A DNA stretch of 64,000 nucleotides from Eledone cirrhosa. Taxonomy: Eukaryota. Positions within the stretch are counted from its first letter, which is position 1. Every line of letters starts with the position of its first letter. The translations under genes were made by a program, and so were the position numbers. The notes under the pieces were generated by a model. The model was not told the DNA's origin and did no database searches. It saw only the letters and a program-made list of their open reading frames with translations. The stretch is from assembly GCA_964016885.1 (NCBI GenBank), contig OZ024741.1:321160001-321224000 (forward strand). Direction: 5' to 3'. This document shows, in pieces, positions 1 through 12,110 of the stretch.

Positions 1-1437
1 ACTATAATCTTTTTTCCGTGTTTATTACTTTGCTATAATCGCCAAACAAATGTGAAATTGATTTTAATTGACATTATTATTATTAATAATAATAATAAAA
101 ATAATAATAACAATAATAATGATAATAACGCAGCGTATTTGTCAAAAGAAGTGTTTTTCAGATGAAGACACTTTAAAAGATCTCTTGCTAATTTCTCGTT
201 TAACGTTCCGTATAATATCCTTCCTAATGTATAAGATGGATTCCATTGATTGTTCGATAATATTACTTCTTTCTTGGGCAGATGCTGCTATTTTACAGTC
301 CACTGGTTCCGCTGTGACGTATATTCTCTCTGACAAGCCACAATATGTCGCCATAATGGACTGACACAACTTTATATTGTTCATTAAATGTCGGCCGTCA
401 CGATAAAGATAAACTAAAGAGTGGCTCGCTATTTTTGTTTTTATGTGGTATGAAGGCAGAATAAAAGGAAAAGGAGTACAAAATGAAGATAGAAGCACTC
501 AGAGAGTCTTTTAAAGTAAAGAGAGAGACGAAGGGAGAGGTAGATGTTTTTTCTGCTTTTTAATTTTTCATTTGTGGCTTATTTATTATGGTGGGGCGGG
601 GAGGAAGTTATTTTTAATTATTTTAATTTAATTTCCTCAAGCATTATCTTTTTCTGTTTATTTGTCTCTCTGTTTTCTTTCTTTTGCTTTTGTTTTGTTT
701 TTCGCTTTTATATGGGAGGAGTAAGTCTGGTGAAATGAGTATATAATTATTTTGTTTAGCTTCTATTTTACTTTGGTGTCTGCGTAGGATGGAACGGGGC
801 AATGTATTTGTATTTTATTTTAGATTTATTTACTTGATAATATTGTATTGTCTTTATTGTTGGCTGATGATGGTGATGTTTGGTTAGTTCTGATGAACCA
901 CTCAGTCTCGTAACAGGAACAATATATAACGATACTTAATACCAATTAGTGGATAAATCAGCAGATGATGAGACTACTAGTGGTAGTGAAGATGGTGGTT
1001 GAATAACAATAATAATAACAACAATTGTACCCAATGACATGCAATTGAATTACCTAAGAACTCTGAAATATTTTTGTTGTTGTTTTATTGTTTATTACCA
1101 TTATTTGTTTCTTTGTTGTTATTGTTGTAGTTGATGTTGCTGTTGTTTTAATTATATTATTTGACAAACAGAAATATATCTCTGTTTATTTTTCTTTCAG
1201 TTAAAATTCTTATTCCTTTTTTGTTGGTTCAATAACATTTTAAAGATAGTTGGAATTGTGTTGCGTATCGTGGCACCTTATACGATGCACTACATTGTAC
1301 AGGAAATGGAATTCAACCAGGAAATCGTAAAGGCGAGGCATCATCTGAAAACGAAAAGAGATGAAACAAGAATTAATTAACATTTCAATAATTCACATGA
1401 AAACCAATTCAAGATGTAATATAATTAACAGTTATAT

Positions 1438-1620
1438 AATAATTGTTTCTACTTTTGGCACAAGGCCAGCAATTACCCCAGTGCATTACTGGTACTTTAT
1501 TTTATCTACCCAGCAAGGATGAAAGGCAAAGGTAACCTCGGCGGGATTTGAACTTGTAGCGCATAGGGCCATAACTCTATGCTACAAAACACGGTGTCCA
1601 ACGCTCTACCGATTCTGCCA
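1438..1620 (-). mobile_element. tRNA-derived SINE (5'-truncated copy)
   Basis: Reverse complement of the recurrent TGGCAGTATCGGTAGAG...GAGTTCAAATCCCGCC...GCCTTTCATCC...GTCGATAAAATAAAGTACCAG...GGCCTTGTGCCAAAAGTAGAAACAATTATT element; A/B-box-like head. Confidence 0.85.
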
Positions 1621-1627
1621 ATATATA

Positions 1628-1818
1628 ATAATTGTTTCTACTTTTGATACAAGGCCAGCAATTACCCAGTACATTACTGGTACTTTATTTTATCGACTCC
1701 GTAAGGATGAAAGGCAAAGTTAACCTAGACGGGATTTGAACTCAGACCGTAAAGGGGCGTAACTATGCTAGAAAGCATGGCGTCCGACCCTCTACCGATA
1801 CTGTCCATCCACCGCCCT
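1628..1818 (-). mobile_element. tRNA-derived SINE, full length, 18-bp TSD
   Basis: Same family; CTGCCAATATATAATAAT repeated at 1615-1632 and 1819-1836. Confidence 0.9.
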
Positions 1819-2404
1819 CTGCCAATATATAATAATACGGGGAGAGTAGATATTGATTACCCCTTATACGTACATGTTTTATATGTATATATGAGTGGTT
1901 TAAATAGATCCGAAAACTTGTTGGATGGATCGCTTTTTTTCTTTACCCACAGAGAGATTGTATAGTCATCTGTTTACATTTTATCTGTTTATCCAATTTC
2001 ACTCATAATATTGACTACAATTTGTACAATACAATACACTTAAACGACCTGCTCAACGTAAAAAATTATTAATTAATTGAACTAACTCTCTAGCACGTGA
2101 TTTACGCAAATTGGATTGTGAAGACCCTAATTGAAATGCAACTCAGTTAGATGTGCAGTTCCTAAGGGGTCTTTTTTTGTTAACGGTATTTCATTAGATT
2201 TATATAGTTAATCCAATTAGAGGTGCATGCGCCAAGTCTTTCTTTCGTGTTTCATGTCTTTCTCTGTCTCTCTCCCTCATTTTTACCCTTACCCCGTTTG
2301 TGTATTTTATTTATTAAATTTCTTGTCATAGTTTTTATAGGTTTTTCGAGATATGTATCGATAGATTTTATACTCAGCGTCATACTGATTCTGAAATTAG
2401 TTCC

Positions 2405-4169
2405 CTATCTGATCATAATCAAGATGTCCCCAGATGTATGTGACAGTACAGAGGACCCCCTCAGCAGAATCAGTGAGTGCAACAAAAACAGGAACCTATC
2501 CAACTGCATAATAGGCAGTATGGATGTGGTGTCACTGTACCCTTCTATTAACATTGATTTTGCTGTGGAAAAATGTGTGGAGATGATCATTGAGAGTGAG
2601 GTGGAGTTCTGCGACGTCGACACAGACGAACTGGGCCTCCTACTTAGACTTACCTACGACACTGACTACCTAGACAGCCATGACCTTAGACGTTTCTGCC
2701 CCAGTAGACCCATAAGAGGTAGACCCCCCACCATAACCTCAATGGCTAAAAATACTCCCATGGGATGGTGGATTGGGTGGACCAAAGCTATACGGACCCC
2801 ACAAAACAATGATCAGGTAAGAAAAATGGTCGCACATGCAATAGGGGCTAGTATCAAAACTACCCTAAAAGGCCACATATTCAAGTTCAACGAGAAGATC
2901 TACATCCAAAATGAGAGAGCAGCCATTGGCGTCAGCATATTTGGTGACGTTGCCAACCTTTTTATGGTATGGTGGGAAAGGAGACTTAAAGATCTCCTTG
3001 ATGAGAGCTCCATAGACCTCATCATGTACTCTCGTTACGTAGACGTTATCAATATAGTAATAAGAACATCCCCACAAGAGAGCACTAACAAGTTTGATTT
3101 AGAACGTAGCACAATGGAAAGCATCCAGCAGATAGCTAATTCCATACACCAGAGTATAACTGTAACTATCGACTACCCTTCCAAACACCCTAACAATAGA
3201 CTACCTGTATTAGACACGGAACTCTGGATTAACACTATAGACGAGAGAGCCCAAATTCTCCACTCACACTATGCTAAACCCATGGCCTCCAAATACCTGA
3301 TACTCAAAAACTCAGCAATGTCCAGTAGTGCTAAGTTTAATATTCTGATCGCAGACTTGGTACGAGTGATGAAGAACGTGTCCCGCATGTGCGACCCAAC
3401 AGAAATGGAAAGACACATCCAACACTTCATCAACCGCATGCAGTTCTCTGGTTACAACCAAAGAAGGAGCCACAGAGAAGTATAAGACCCTCATAGAACT
3501 GGACATGAAAGGAATTTGCCCATTATACAGGAGCAATCATGGAATAGCTTAGATAGGGCTAGACATAAGATAGGGAAAGCCACCTCATGGTACGACAACC
3601 AGAGATACCAGAGTGTCATGTTTGTAGATGCTACCCCTGGAGGGAAATTAGCTAACCAGTGTAGAAAGGCCCTGAGAAAGACCCACTTAAAGATTAAGGT
3701 GGTAGAAAAGCCAGGAACCACCATAAAATCCCTGATCAGCAAAACCTACCCTTTTAAGAAATCCCACTGTACTAATAGGAAATGTATCATATGTAAAGTA
3801 AACCCCCGGATAAACTGTAAAACTAGAAACGTAGTCTATAGTATAAGATGTACAGAGGGTACTTGCAGAAACATGACAACAACATACATAGGCGAGATAG
3901 CTCGTAGCATAGGTGAAAGGATAGACCAACACTGGGGGGAACTAAAAGGACGAAAAAACGGTTCAGTACTATACGAACATGCCAGACAACAACACGACGG
4001 TAACATAGACAACATAGAAATTAGAATAATATCTAAACATAGAAATGACCCAGCAGATAGGCAAATCAGAGATGCCAGTGAAATAGGACTTAGAAGGCCA
4101 AGGCTAAACAGAAAAAATGAATGGAATAACAACACCCAAACAAACAATACTGACCTAAGAGAAGTATAA
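2405..4169 (+). pseudogene. PLE reverse transcriptase + GIY-YIG endonuclease, frameshifted
   Basis: ORF to 3485: GSMDVVSLYPSI, GDVANLFM, RYVDVI (YVDD mutated), LPVLD. ORF 3516-4169: CxxxxCxxC, VVYSIRC...YIGE..R...R...H. A third frame bridges the two (CPLYRS). Confidence 0.85.
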
Positions 4170-4426
4170 ATAAATAAATAAATAGATAAATAAATAAATA
4201 CATACACAAGCACAATAACAACAAACATATAAACACACACTAGTAAAGATAGAATACATCAACCAACACACAGTCACCCAAACACGAACACACATCAAAC
4301 AAAACACTATACACACACGCGCAAACGCGTGCGCAAAGAAGACAAAAAATAAACAAATAAATAAATATATAAACAGACTAAATAAAGATGGCGTAGACAT
4401 ACGATGCAACGGGAGGAAACAATAGC

Positions 4427-4468
4427 ACCACTGACGATGTTGCAGATGTGCAACGAAAGAACTTTGAT
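4427..4468 (+). ncRNA. Hammerhead-like motif in Naiad-like pseudo-LTR
   Basis: CTGACGA-T-GTTGC/GCAAC-GAAA-G-AA-C-TT; stem I weak (CA/TG). Copies at 40047-40088 and inverted near 39830-39870. Confidence 0.5.
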
Positions 4469-4673
4469 AGACTATATATATGTGTTTGTGTCTATATTGT
4501 GTCTGTATTTTTCACCGTTGGTCAGTCAATGGCAACATTGAGGACCGAATAAATTAAATTAACCGATATAAAAGACACAGAAGCGAAAAGTGAAAACCAA
4601 CCAAACAGTGAGTGTGTTCTGTTATTAATTCTGGCAATATTACACAAATATGACCCTCCCCATATATATATAC

Positions 4674-5189
<516 letters not shown>

Positions 5190-5213
5190 ATATATATATA
5201 TATATATATATAT

Positions 5214-7208
5214 TGAGTATATGTTGGTTGTATACCAACATCTCAGTATGCAGATTGGAGAACTCGGCGAAGTGTGCAGGTTGGTTTGGTTACTCCGGAG
5301 TAATGTAAAATAAAATAAAATAAATAAGTCAAATGTTTAATATTTGGCTTAGTTTATTACTGCTATATATATTTCGGTGACAGCCATCTTTGGCTGTAAC
5401 CTCTTCAGGCAGTCCGAATTAGTGTGGTAGAGACGAGTACACATGTTGTTGAGGTGTATAACTTTGTCAATACTCTGATATGCCCAGTTCCTGGTTGGGT
5501 TGTTATTTCACTGAGGAACTGGAATCATATGAATTCAAACCTGATTCCGACCTGATCTGGAAGCCTAAGCTGGACAGGTCCCCGTACTCTCTGGTCTGGT
5601 CCATAATCAGGAAAGTACCACCCGATAAAGGGGGATCTTGCATATGCAAACTATGTCTGAACGAGACCCTCGAGATACTAAGAGGTGGAAGCGGCCTGAT
5701 AAACCTCAGAACAGACTTCTTCGGGACATGCAGACACCTCAGGGCCGGGACCTTCCTCAAGATATATGGACAGTAGCAGCACAATAAGATGTGAACTCCC
5801 TTCAAGCTATAGGGACTTCTCCAGAACATGTAGACACCTCTCGGCCAAACCTCCCTCAAGATATATGGGCAGTAACACCATAGGTTAGGAACTCCCCTCA
5901 AGCCATAGGGACCAAACCAGGCTTAGCAGACACCATAATAGCCTAGAGATTGATTCTGACACAGCCTTTATAATTTGGCCAACATATTTATAACACACAC
6001 ACATTTTAATTTACCTGATTTTTGATTTTTCAATTTTGATTTCTCATTATTCATTTGTTTTCTTCACTTTATCACCTTATATTTATATTTAAGTTGAGAT
6101 TGGTTATAACACACACATTTTATTTGATTATCCTATTTAGTTTTATTCTTTTACCATCTTGTTCCTCCTACCACTCTATCCAACATATTTCTGACCTTGA
6201 GATTGGTTATAGCACACACAGATTTTATCTTATTTTATTCGAATCTTCATTTTATTTTTCACTTTTCATTTTCATTTTTCATTTTCCATATTCATTTTTC
6301 ATTACTTTTTCATTACCTTTTCATTAATTTTTCATTTATTCTCTATCTATTATTTATTTTCTGTTTACTTCTTCATTTTATTGCCTTCTATTTCTTCATA
6401 TACATGGCAGAACCCCCACCACCACCACCACCACCACCACCACCACCACCACGGGAAATGGTGGCAGGTGGGATGAAGAAACACACACAGATACTTCTAA
6501 ATTGTCAGCACCAGCAAGACATAAGCTGACCACAACACCAACAACACTACCAAAATAAGGGTAGAGGTCTGAGGTACTTAACAATAGCAAACACAAACAC
6601 TACAGGGAGCCTCACCCCAGAAAGAATTTCTATAGACTTTGGACTGAGGAATGCTCTCAAAACTGACCAATGGGAAGTTTGACCTTACAAATCTTTATAA
6701 CATTGAGATGGGTATAACACACATACACATTTTATTTTATGTTGTTCCTTTACCATCTTATTCCTTCTACCACTTTATCACTTTTTATTTTGAGCTGACT
6801 CCAACAATAACACCACTACCAACACAATAATAGAGGTCAGATGTACCTAACAATAAAAAGAACAACAACTACAGATTGGCTTGCCTCAGACGAATTTCTA
6901 TAGACTTTTGACTGAGGAATGTTCTAACAACTGACCAATGAGAGGAGAAGAGGCCATTTGACGCTGAAATTCGTTTGTTTGAATTCATATGATTCCAGTT
7001 CCTCAGTGAAATAACAACCCAACCAGGAACTGGGCATATCAGAGTATAGACAAAGTTATACACCTCAACAACATGTGTACTCGTCTCTACCACACTAATT
7101 CGGACTGCCTGAAGAGGTCACAGCCAAAGATAGCTGCCACCGAAATATATATAGCAGTAATAAACGAAGCCAAATTTTAAACATTTGACTTATTTATTTT
7201 ATTTTATT
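5214..7208 (+). mobile_element. Hydra-clade-like PLE 3' fragment with inverted pseudo-LTR
   Basis: About 5311-5533 is the reverse complement of about 6980-7205; 5540-5776 encodes WSIIRK...CKLCLNE...IN.R....CRH, homologous to the C-terminus of ORF 30859-31440; (TA)n both sides. Confidence 0.8.
7104..7158 (+). ncRNA. Type I hammerhead ribozyme (inverted copy 5359-5413)
   Basis: ACTGC-CTGAAGA-GGT..CAGC/GCTG..ACC-GAAA-TATATA-TA-GCAGT, followed directly by AATAAA. Confidence 0.85.
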
Positions 7209-7209
7209 T

Positions 7210-7320
<111 letters not shown>

Positions 7321-7790
7321 GTCAGTATGTATGTATACGTACATACATATATGTATACAGACGTACAGTAGCATGTATATATATATATATACATACAGGC
7401 ACACATATATATATGCACGTATCAGTTTACCGAACATTTATTATAATGTTCGCTTTGTTCATTTGTAAACAAACGAACAGCCTAATTTACGCCGTACAGT
7501 GTTTAGGCAAGCACATCACCTTTTTGTTCAACACTGACACAGGAACGATGTACTAGTTTCAAGCTTGTTAGCTATCGTCATCACCGTATACCTTACTGTC
7601 AGATGGTTGAACGTCCGAAAGTATATACTTTCCTTATGAAAATTAACGGCTGAGCAGCCTAATTTGCATATCGAGTGAGTTCAGTCGGCCAGGCGCACCG
7701 AAAACGATAAATGGAATAGAATGAAATGAAATTTCATTTCTCACTCTGAGTACGGCACTTACTTAAATATAAGTATGTATGTATACGTAC

Positions 7791-8202
7791 ATGGTGGCTG
7801 CCAACTCGTTTTCGAGTACGGCCACTACTTTATATCCATGTAGGAGAACCCCTACCGATGCGCTGAACGAGTGTGACTTTTTAGTCCAGCCAGCGACTTG
7901 AAAACTCTGGTACAAACACTACACCTGTGACAATTATTGACACACAGTGCTGGGCCCATGGTACCATGTGATGACAAGTGCAGAGAGATCTCCAGATATA
8001 AAGCAATGCCTGTGCCATGAAGCTTTTATAGTGAGCAAAGGCATTGCACAAAGCCAGTCCCACTCTCTTAACCAAGATGTTATTTACCAAAAAGAAGAAC
8101 AAGTCAACATCATTGGATACCATCAGGGTTGCAGGTGTTATATCAGAGTTTTCCTTCTCCTAGAATTCTGCCTTGACAAAGGCTAAGGGGTCATCTCTCC
8201 CG
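7791..8202 (-). mobile_element. Non-autonomous RTE-derived element
   Basis: Near-identical to 44702-45115 and 45138-45550; minus strand carries CTAGGAGAAGGAAAACTC, recognised from RTE 5' UTRs. Confidence 0.65.
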
Positions 8203-8405
8203 GATGTATATATGTATACGGATGTATATATGTATACAGACGTACAGTAGCATGCATATATATATATATATATACATACAGGCACACATATATATGTGCC
8301 TGGCCGACTAAACTCACTCGATATGCAAATTAGGCTGCTCACCCGTTAATTTTCATAAGGAAAGTATTTACTTTTGGACGTTCAACCATCTGACAGAAAG
8401 GTATA

Positions 8406-8446
8406 CGATGCTGACGGTAGCTAACAGGCTTGAAACTAGTACATCG
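8406..8446 (+). ncRNA. Minimal hammerhead ribozyme (inverted copy 7546-7586)
   Basis: CGATG-CTGACGG-TAGC..GCTT-GAAA-CTAG-TA-CATCG; other arm has ATGACGA, so the consensus core is CTGACGA. Confidence 0.7.
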
Positions 8447-8600
8447 TTCCTGTGTCAGTGTTGAACAAAAAGGTGACGTGGTTGCCTAAACACTGTACGG
8501 CGTAAATCAGGCTGTTCGTTTGTTTACAAATGAACAAAGCGAACATTATAATAAATGTTCGGTAAACTGATACGTGCATATATATATGTGTGCCTGTATG

Positions 8601-8747
<147 letters not shown>

Positions 8748-8854
8748 TGCTACTGTACGTCTGTATACATATATGTATGTACGTATACATACATACTTAC
8801 ATTTAAGTAAGTGTCGTACTAAGAGTGAGAAATGAAATTTCGTTTCATTCTATT

Positions 8855-8897
<43 letters not shown>

Positions 8898-8955
8898 TAA
8901 AAAAGATGAAATCGAAAATGCAACTGGAGTCTTTTTAAGAATATTTATTTGGTTC

Positions 8956-8991
8956 CTTTACCGGTTTCGCAGTTCTTATGCTTTTCAAAAG
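8956..8991 (-). ncRNA. Minimal hammerhead with U3-A8 variant core
   Basis: Minus strand CTT-TTGAAAA-GCA..TGC-GAAA-CCGG-TA-AAG, then AATAAA and (TA)n. Confidence 0.55.
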
Positions 8992-9157
8992 TAGAACTGA
9001 GATGGAGGGGTTGTGGTTTTTCTCGCATGTGTATATATATGTGTGTATATATGCATACATAGGTGTATATTTGCATATATATATGCAAATATACACCTAT
9101 GTATGCATATTTACACACACACACATATATATATATATATACACGTATGTATGTATC

Positions 9158-9194
<37 letters not shown>

Positions 9195-10330
9195 GTATGT
9201 GTATATATATATACTATATATGTATGTATATATCTGTATGTGTATGTGTGCATATATATGTATGTGTGCGTATGTCTCTGAGTGTTCATGTGTATACACT
9301 CTGCGGTCTTTACGACTTACTTTATATGTGAAAATGCATCAGGAATCTTTGAAATAATGTGTTAGAATTTTAAGTATTGACACACAGCTGAAATATGGTA
9401 ATTACGAATGTATCATATAACAAATCAATTCCATGTGCGAGACTCTATGCAACCATTCGATTTGCAAGAAATAGTAACTAAATAACTCTCAAATTACACC
9501 ATATTTTCTTGGAAATAAAATACCACATTGGATAATAGTTGTAGACTCACTGTATCTGAAAATGGATGACGACAGAAAGACAATGATGAGAACCATTTTC
9601 ATAATGGCTACTGGATCAGGATTGATCTGGGGTTGCACAGAGACCATGAGTGTATGACTGAACCCTTACTCTGTCGCCAAACCAAAACCAACTACAATGA
9701 AGCAATAAGATTCCAAAGAGTGGGTAGTGGTGACTGATATATCGTTAATTTTGTTTTGCCTCTAATTAACTCTGATCAAAATGATCCATCCATGGCCATT
9801 CCGTCATTTTAAGGCAGTGTCAGACTTTTTCTGTATTTAACACGTTAGTGTTTGTCTGAAGCTTCCAGAAGGGATCGAACTCAAACTCTCTGACTGACAT
9901 AAAAACCATAACTACAAACATTGATTCATGGATTGAATGTATTTCATGATGACGAGTGGAAGTCGAAGGATATAAATAAAAAGATAAATTTAGAGAAGAA
10001 AAGAAGAGAAGAGTGAGTATTAAAATAGATATAAGAAACATCATTAAATGAGTCAATATCTAGAGAATACAATATTGAAATATTTTACAGCTTTGCTTCA
10101 TTGAATGAGAAAAAATTAACTTTATGAAATGAATAGATATACCAGGAACTTGTTAACAATACACAATGGAGCATATTAAACGAACCAGTGTTGGTAGAGT
10201 GTTTATAGCAAGAATAGACCCACCCAGGTCTATTGTTATTGGCTTTGAAAGACACCACGGTGGAAGAATGACATACAAATTATATACCTAACGGGATGAT
10301 GGCGATGAATACGACGGCGGCGGTGGTGGA

Positions 10331-10418
10331 GAAGAAGAAGAAGAAGAAGAAGAAGAAGAAGAAGAAGAAGAAGAAGAAGAAGAAGAAGAAGAAGAAGAAG
10401 AAGAAGAAGAAGAAGAAG

Positions 10419-10448
<30 letters not shown>
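10331..10448. repeat. (AAG)n microsatellite
   Basis: Perfect trinucleotide array; source of poly-K and poly-L ORFs. Confidence 0.95.
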
Positions 10449-10449
<1 letters not shown>

Positions 10450-10479
10450 GTGCTATTGAGTGTAAGACACACGTTGTAC

Positions 10480-11080
10480 ATGGCAGTTATAGAAATAGAG
10501 AAGTGTTTGTAATACTGAAGGGAGAAGCGTTATAATGGCTGCCAAGAATATCAATGAATGTGAATTATATTACAAAGAAGAAAACTTCAAATGAAAGAGA
10601 TGATGAAAAAAATGTAAAGACATGTTGTGACATAAGCCGTTTTGTGAAGCAATACGGAAGCTATAGCAATAGAGGAACGGTGGGTCTTGACAGAAAGTAG
10701 AAATGTATAAAAAAAATAAGCAGATATTTTGATCTTGGATGTGTAACGAACAAGCGATTACATAATCTGTCTTAAAGAAAAAAAGATATGATACATTAAA
10801 CAAACGAGTAACGTTGTGTGTGCCGGATGTCTGGCAAGACATAATAATTGTCAACGGTATAGTATATGATTATAGGTTGATGGGGCAAAACATATTATAC
10901 AGAAAATATGATAGGGACGAGGAGAGCAAAAAAAACAGATACACTGTTGGTGTTGTAGAATGATATTAAGATCAAATATAAATGATATCATTACCAGTTA
11001 GTGTGTTATAAGATATAGTGAACGATCTCAGAATAAATGGATTGAATAATAGCTATTTGTATCATGTATGAGAAGACTTT
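10480..11080 (+). pseudogene. Highly degenerate R4/Dong-like LINE C-terminal fragment
   Basis: Remnants resembling LKGE...MAAQ, C..LA and downstream RLE-region motifs seen in 56398-57060. Confidence 0.3.
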
Positions 11081-11649
11081 TACTTTTATTTATCTCTCTA
11101 GTAGAGAAAGTAAAATAGTTCAAATAACAGATTTTACTTATGTATCATACCATAGCAGAGTGGGATTGAAAGAAATAGACAAGGTTTAAAAATGTAACTC
11201 AAATTATGTTCAATGCTCTACAGATACTGCTAATCTAAAGTTCTAAATATAGGCATAAAACTTGCAGTTTATTGCGAGATGGAGGGAAAGTCGATAATAT
11301 TTACTTTGTTATTTGACTTGTAATTCATTTCATAGTCCTCGGAAGGGTGAAAGGCAATGTTGGCCTTGACCGTATTTGAATTCAAAAACATAAAGGGCTG
11401 TATGTCAATGCTGCCAATGCACATAGAATAGATCTGGACTATACCAGAAAAATTTAGCCGGTCTGTCCGTTTCGTGCTCAACGACACTTTTACACTTTTT
11501 GACGGTTTTAGACAGCATTTCGCTTTGTTTTGTTTTGTTTTTTGTTGTTTCTTTTTGTTTTGTTTTTTTGTTTTTTCTTGTTACACATGAGATGCTGCTC
11601 AACGTCTCTAGATTTTGTTGTGGAATTAGTACATACATAAAGACGAGAC

Positions 11650-12110
11650 GGGACATCCTTGATAAACCGAGCGAATGATACTGAAAGGTTCCGAAAGATG
11701 AACATTTACTCAGACTACCAATCAAATTTTGCTGTACACTGAGGTGTTCCAACCTCAGAAGACGAGACCAAAATCAGCTGCAGTGAGGACAAACACCAAG
11801 TACTAATGTTGGACCTTATTGACGGATTCCCATTGATCTAAGTTGATTAAGGCCCAACCTGTACCAGCTACCTAACCTTTTCTATGATGTTTCGCATGAG
11901 GTGGCAGTTCTTGTGGACGAATCTGTTCGCGATGGCATATGTCTGCATCTTATCAGTCAGATCATTGACGGTATGGCCCAGCCCCTTCGATAATACTTTG
12001 GTTAAAATCTTTAAATTTGCGTTTAGCAGAGTTATGGGCGGAAAATTATCAATGTGATGTCCCTTGTTCGGGTTCTTTCTCAGCAACACCACCGCTCCTT
12101 GGTTGAGAAG
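11650..12110 (-). pseudogene. L1/Tx1-like LINE RT fragment
   Basis: KG...IDNFPPITLLNANLKILTKVL...QT.AI..R....N..LMRNII matches the N-terminal RT of the L1/Tx1 clade. Confidence 0.7.

Larger units (their letters stand above)
2405..4662 (+). mobile_element. 5'-truncated Penelope-like retroelement (Naiad-like) ending in (TA)n
   Basis: RT then GIY-YIG coding region, 3' pseudo-LTR about 4290-4662 (near-identical copies at 39568-40292), 3' end abuts (TA)n. Confidence 0.85.

Noticed and set aside
1190-1380. Possible host exon after TTTTCTTTCAG
   Set aside because: No recognisable protein motif, no clear donor and no partner exons
2223-2404. Hydrophobic N-terminus of the 420-aa ORF as a signal or membrane segment on an RT
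   Set aside because: T-rich flank that is open by chance upstream of a 5'-truncated PLE; base composition changes near 2405
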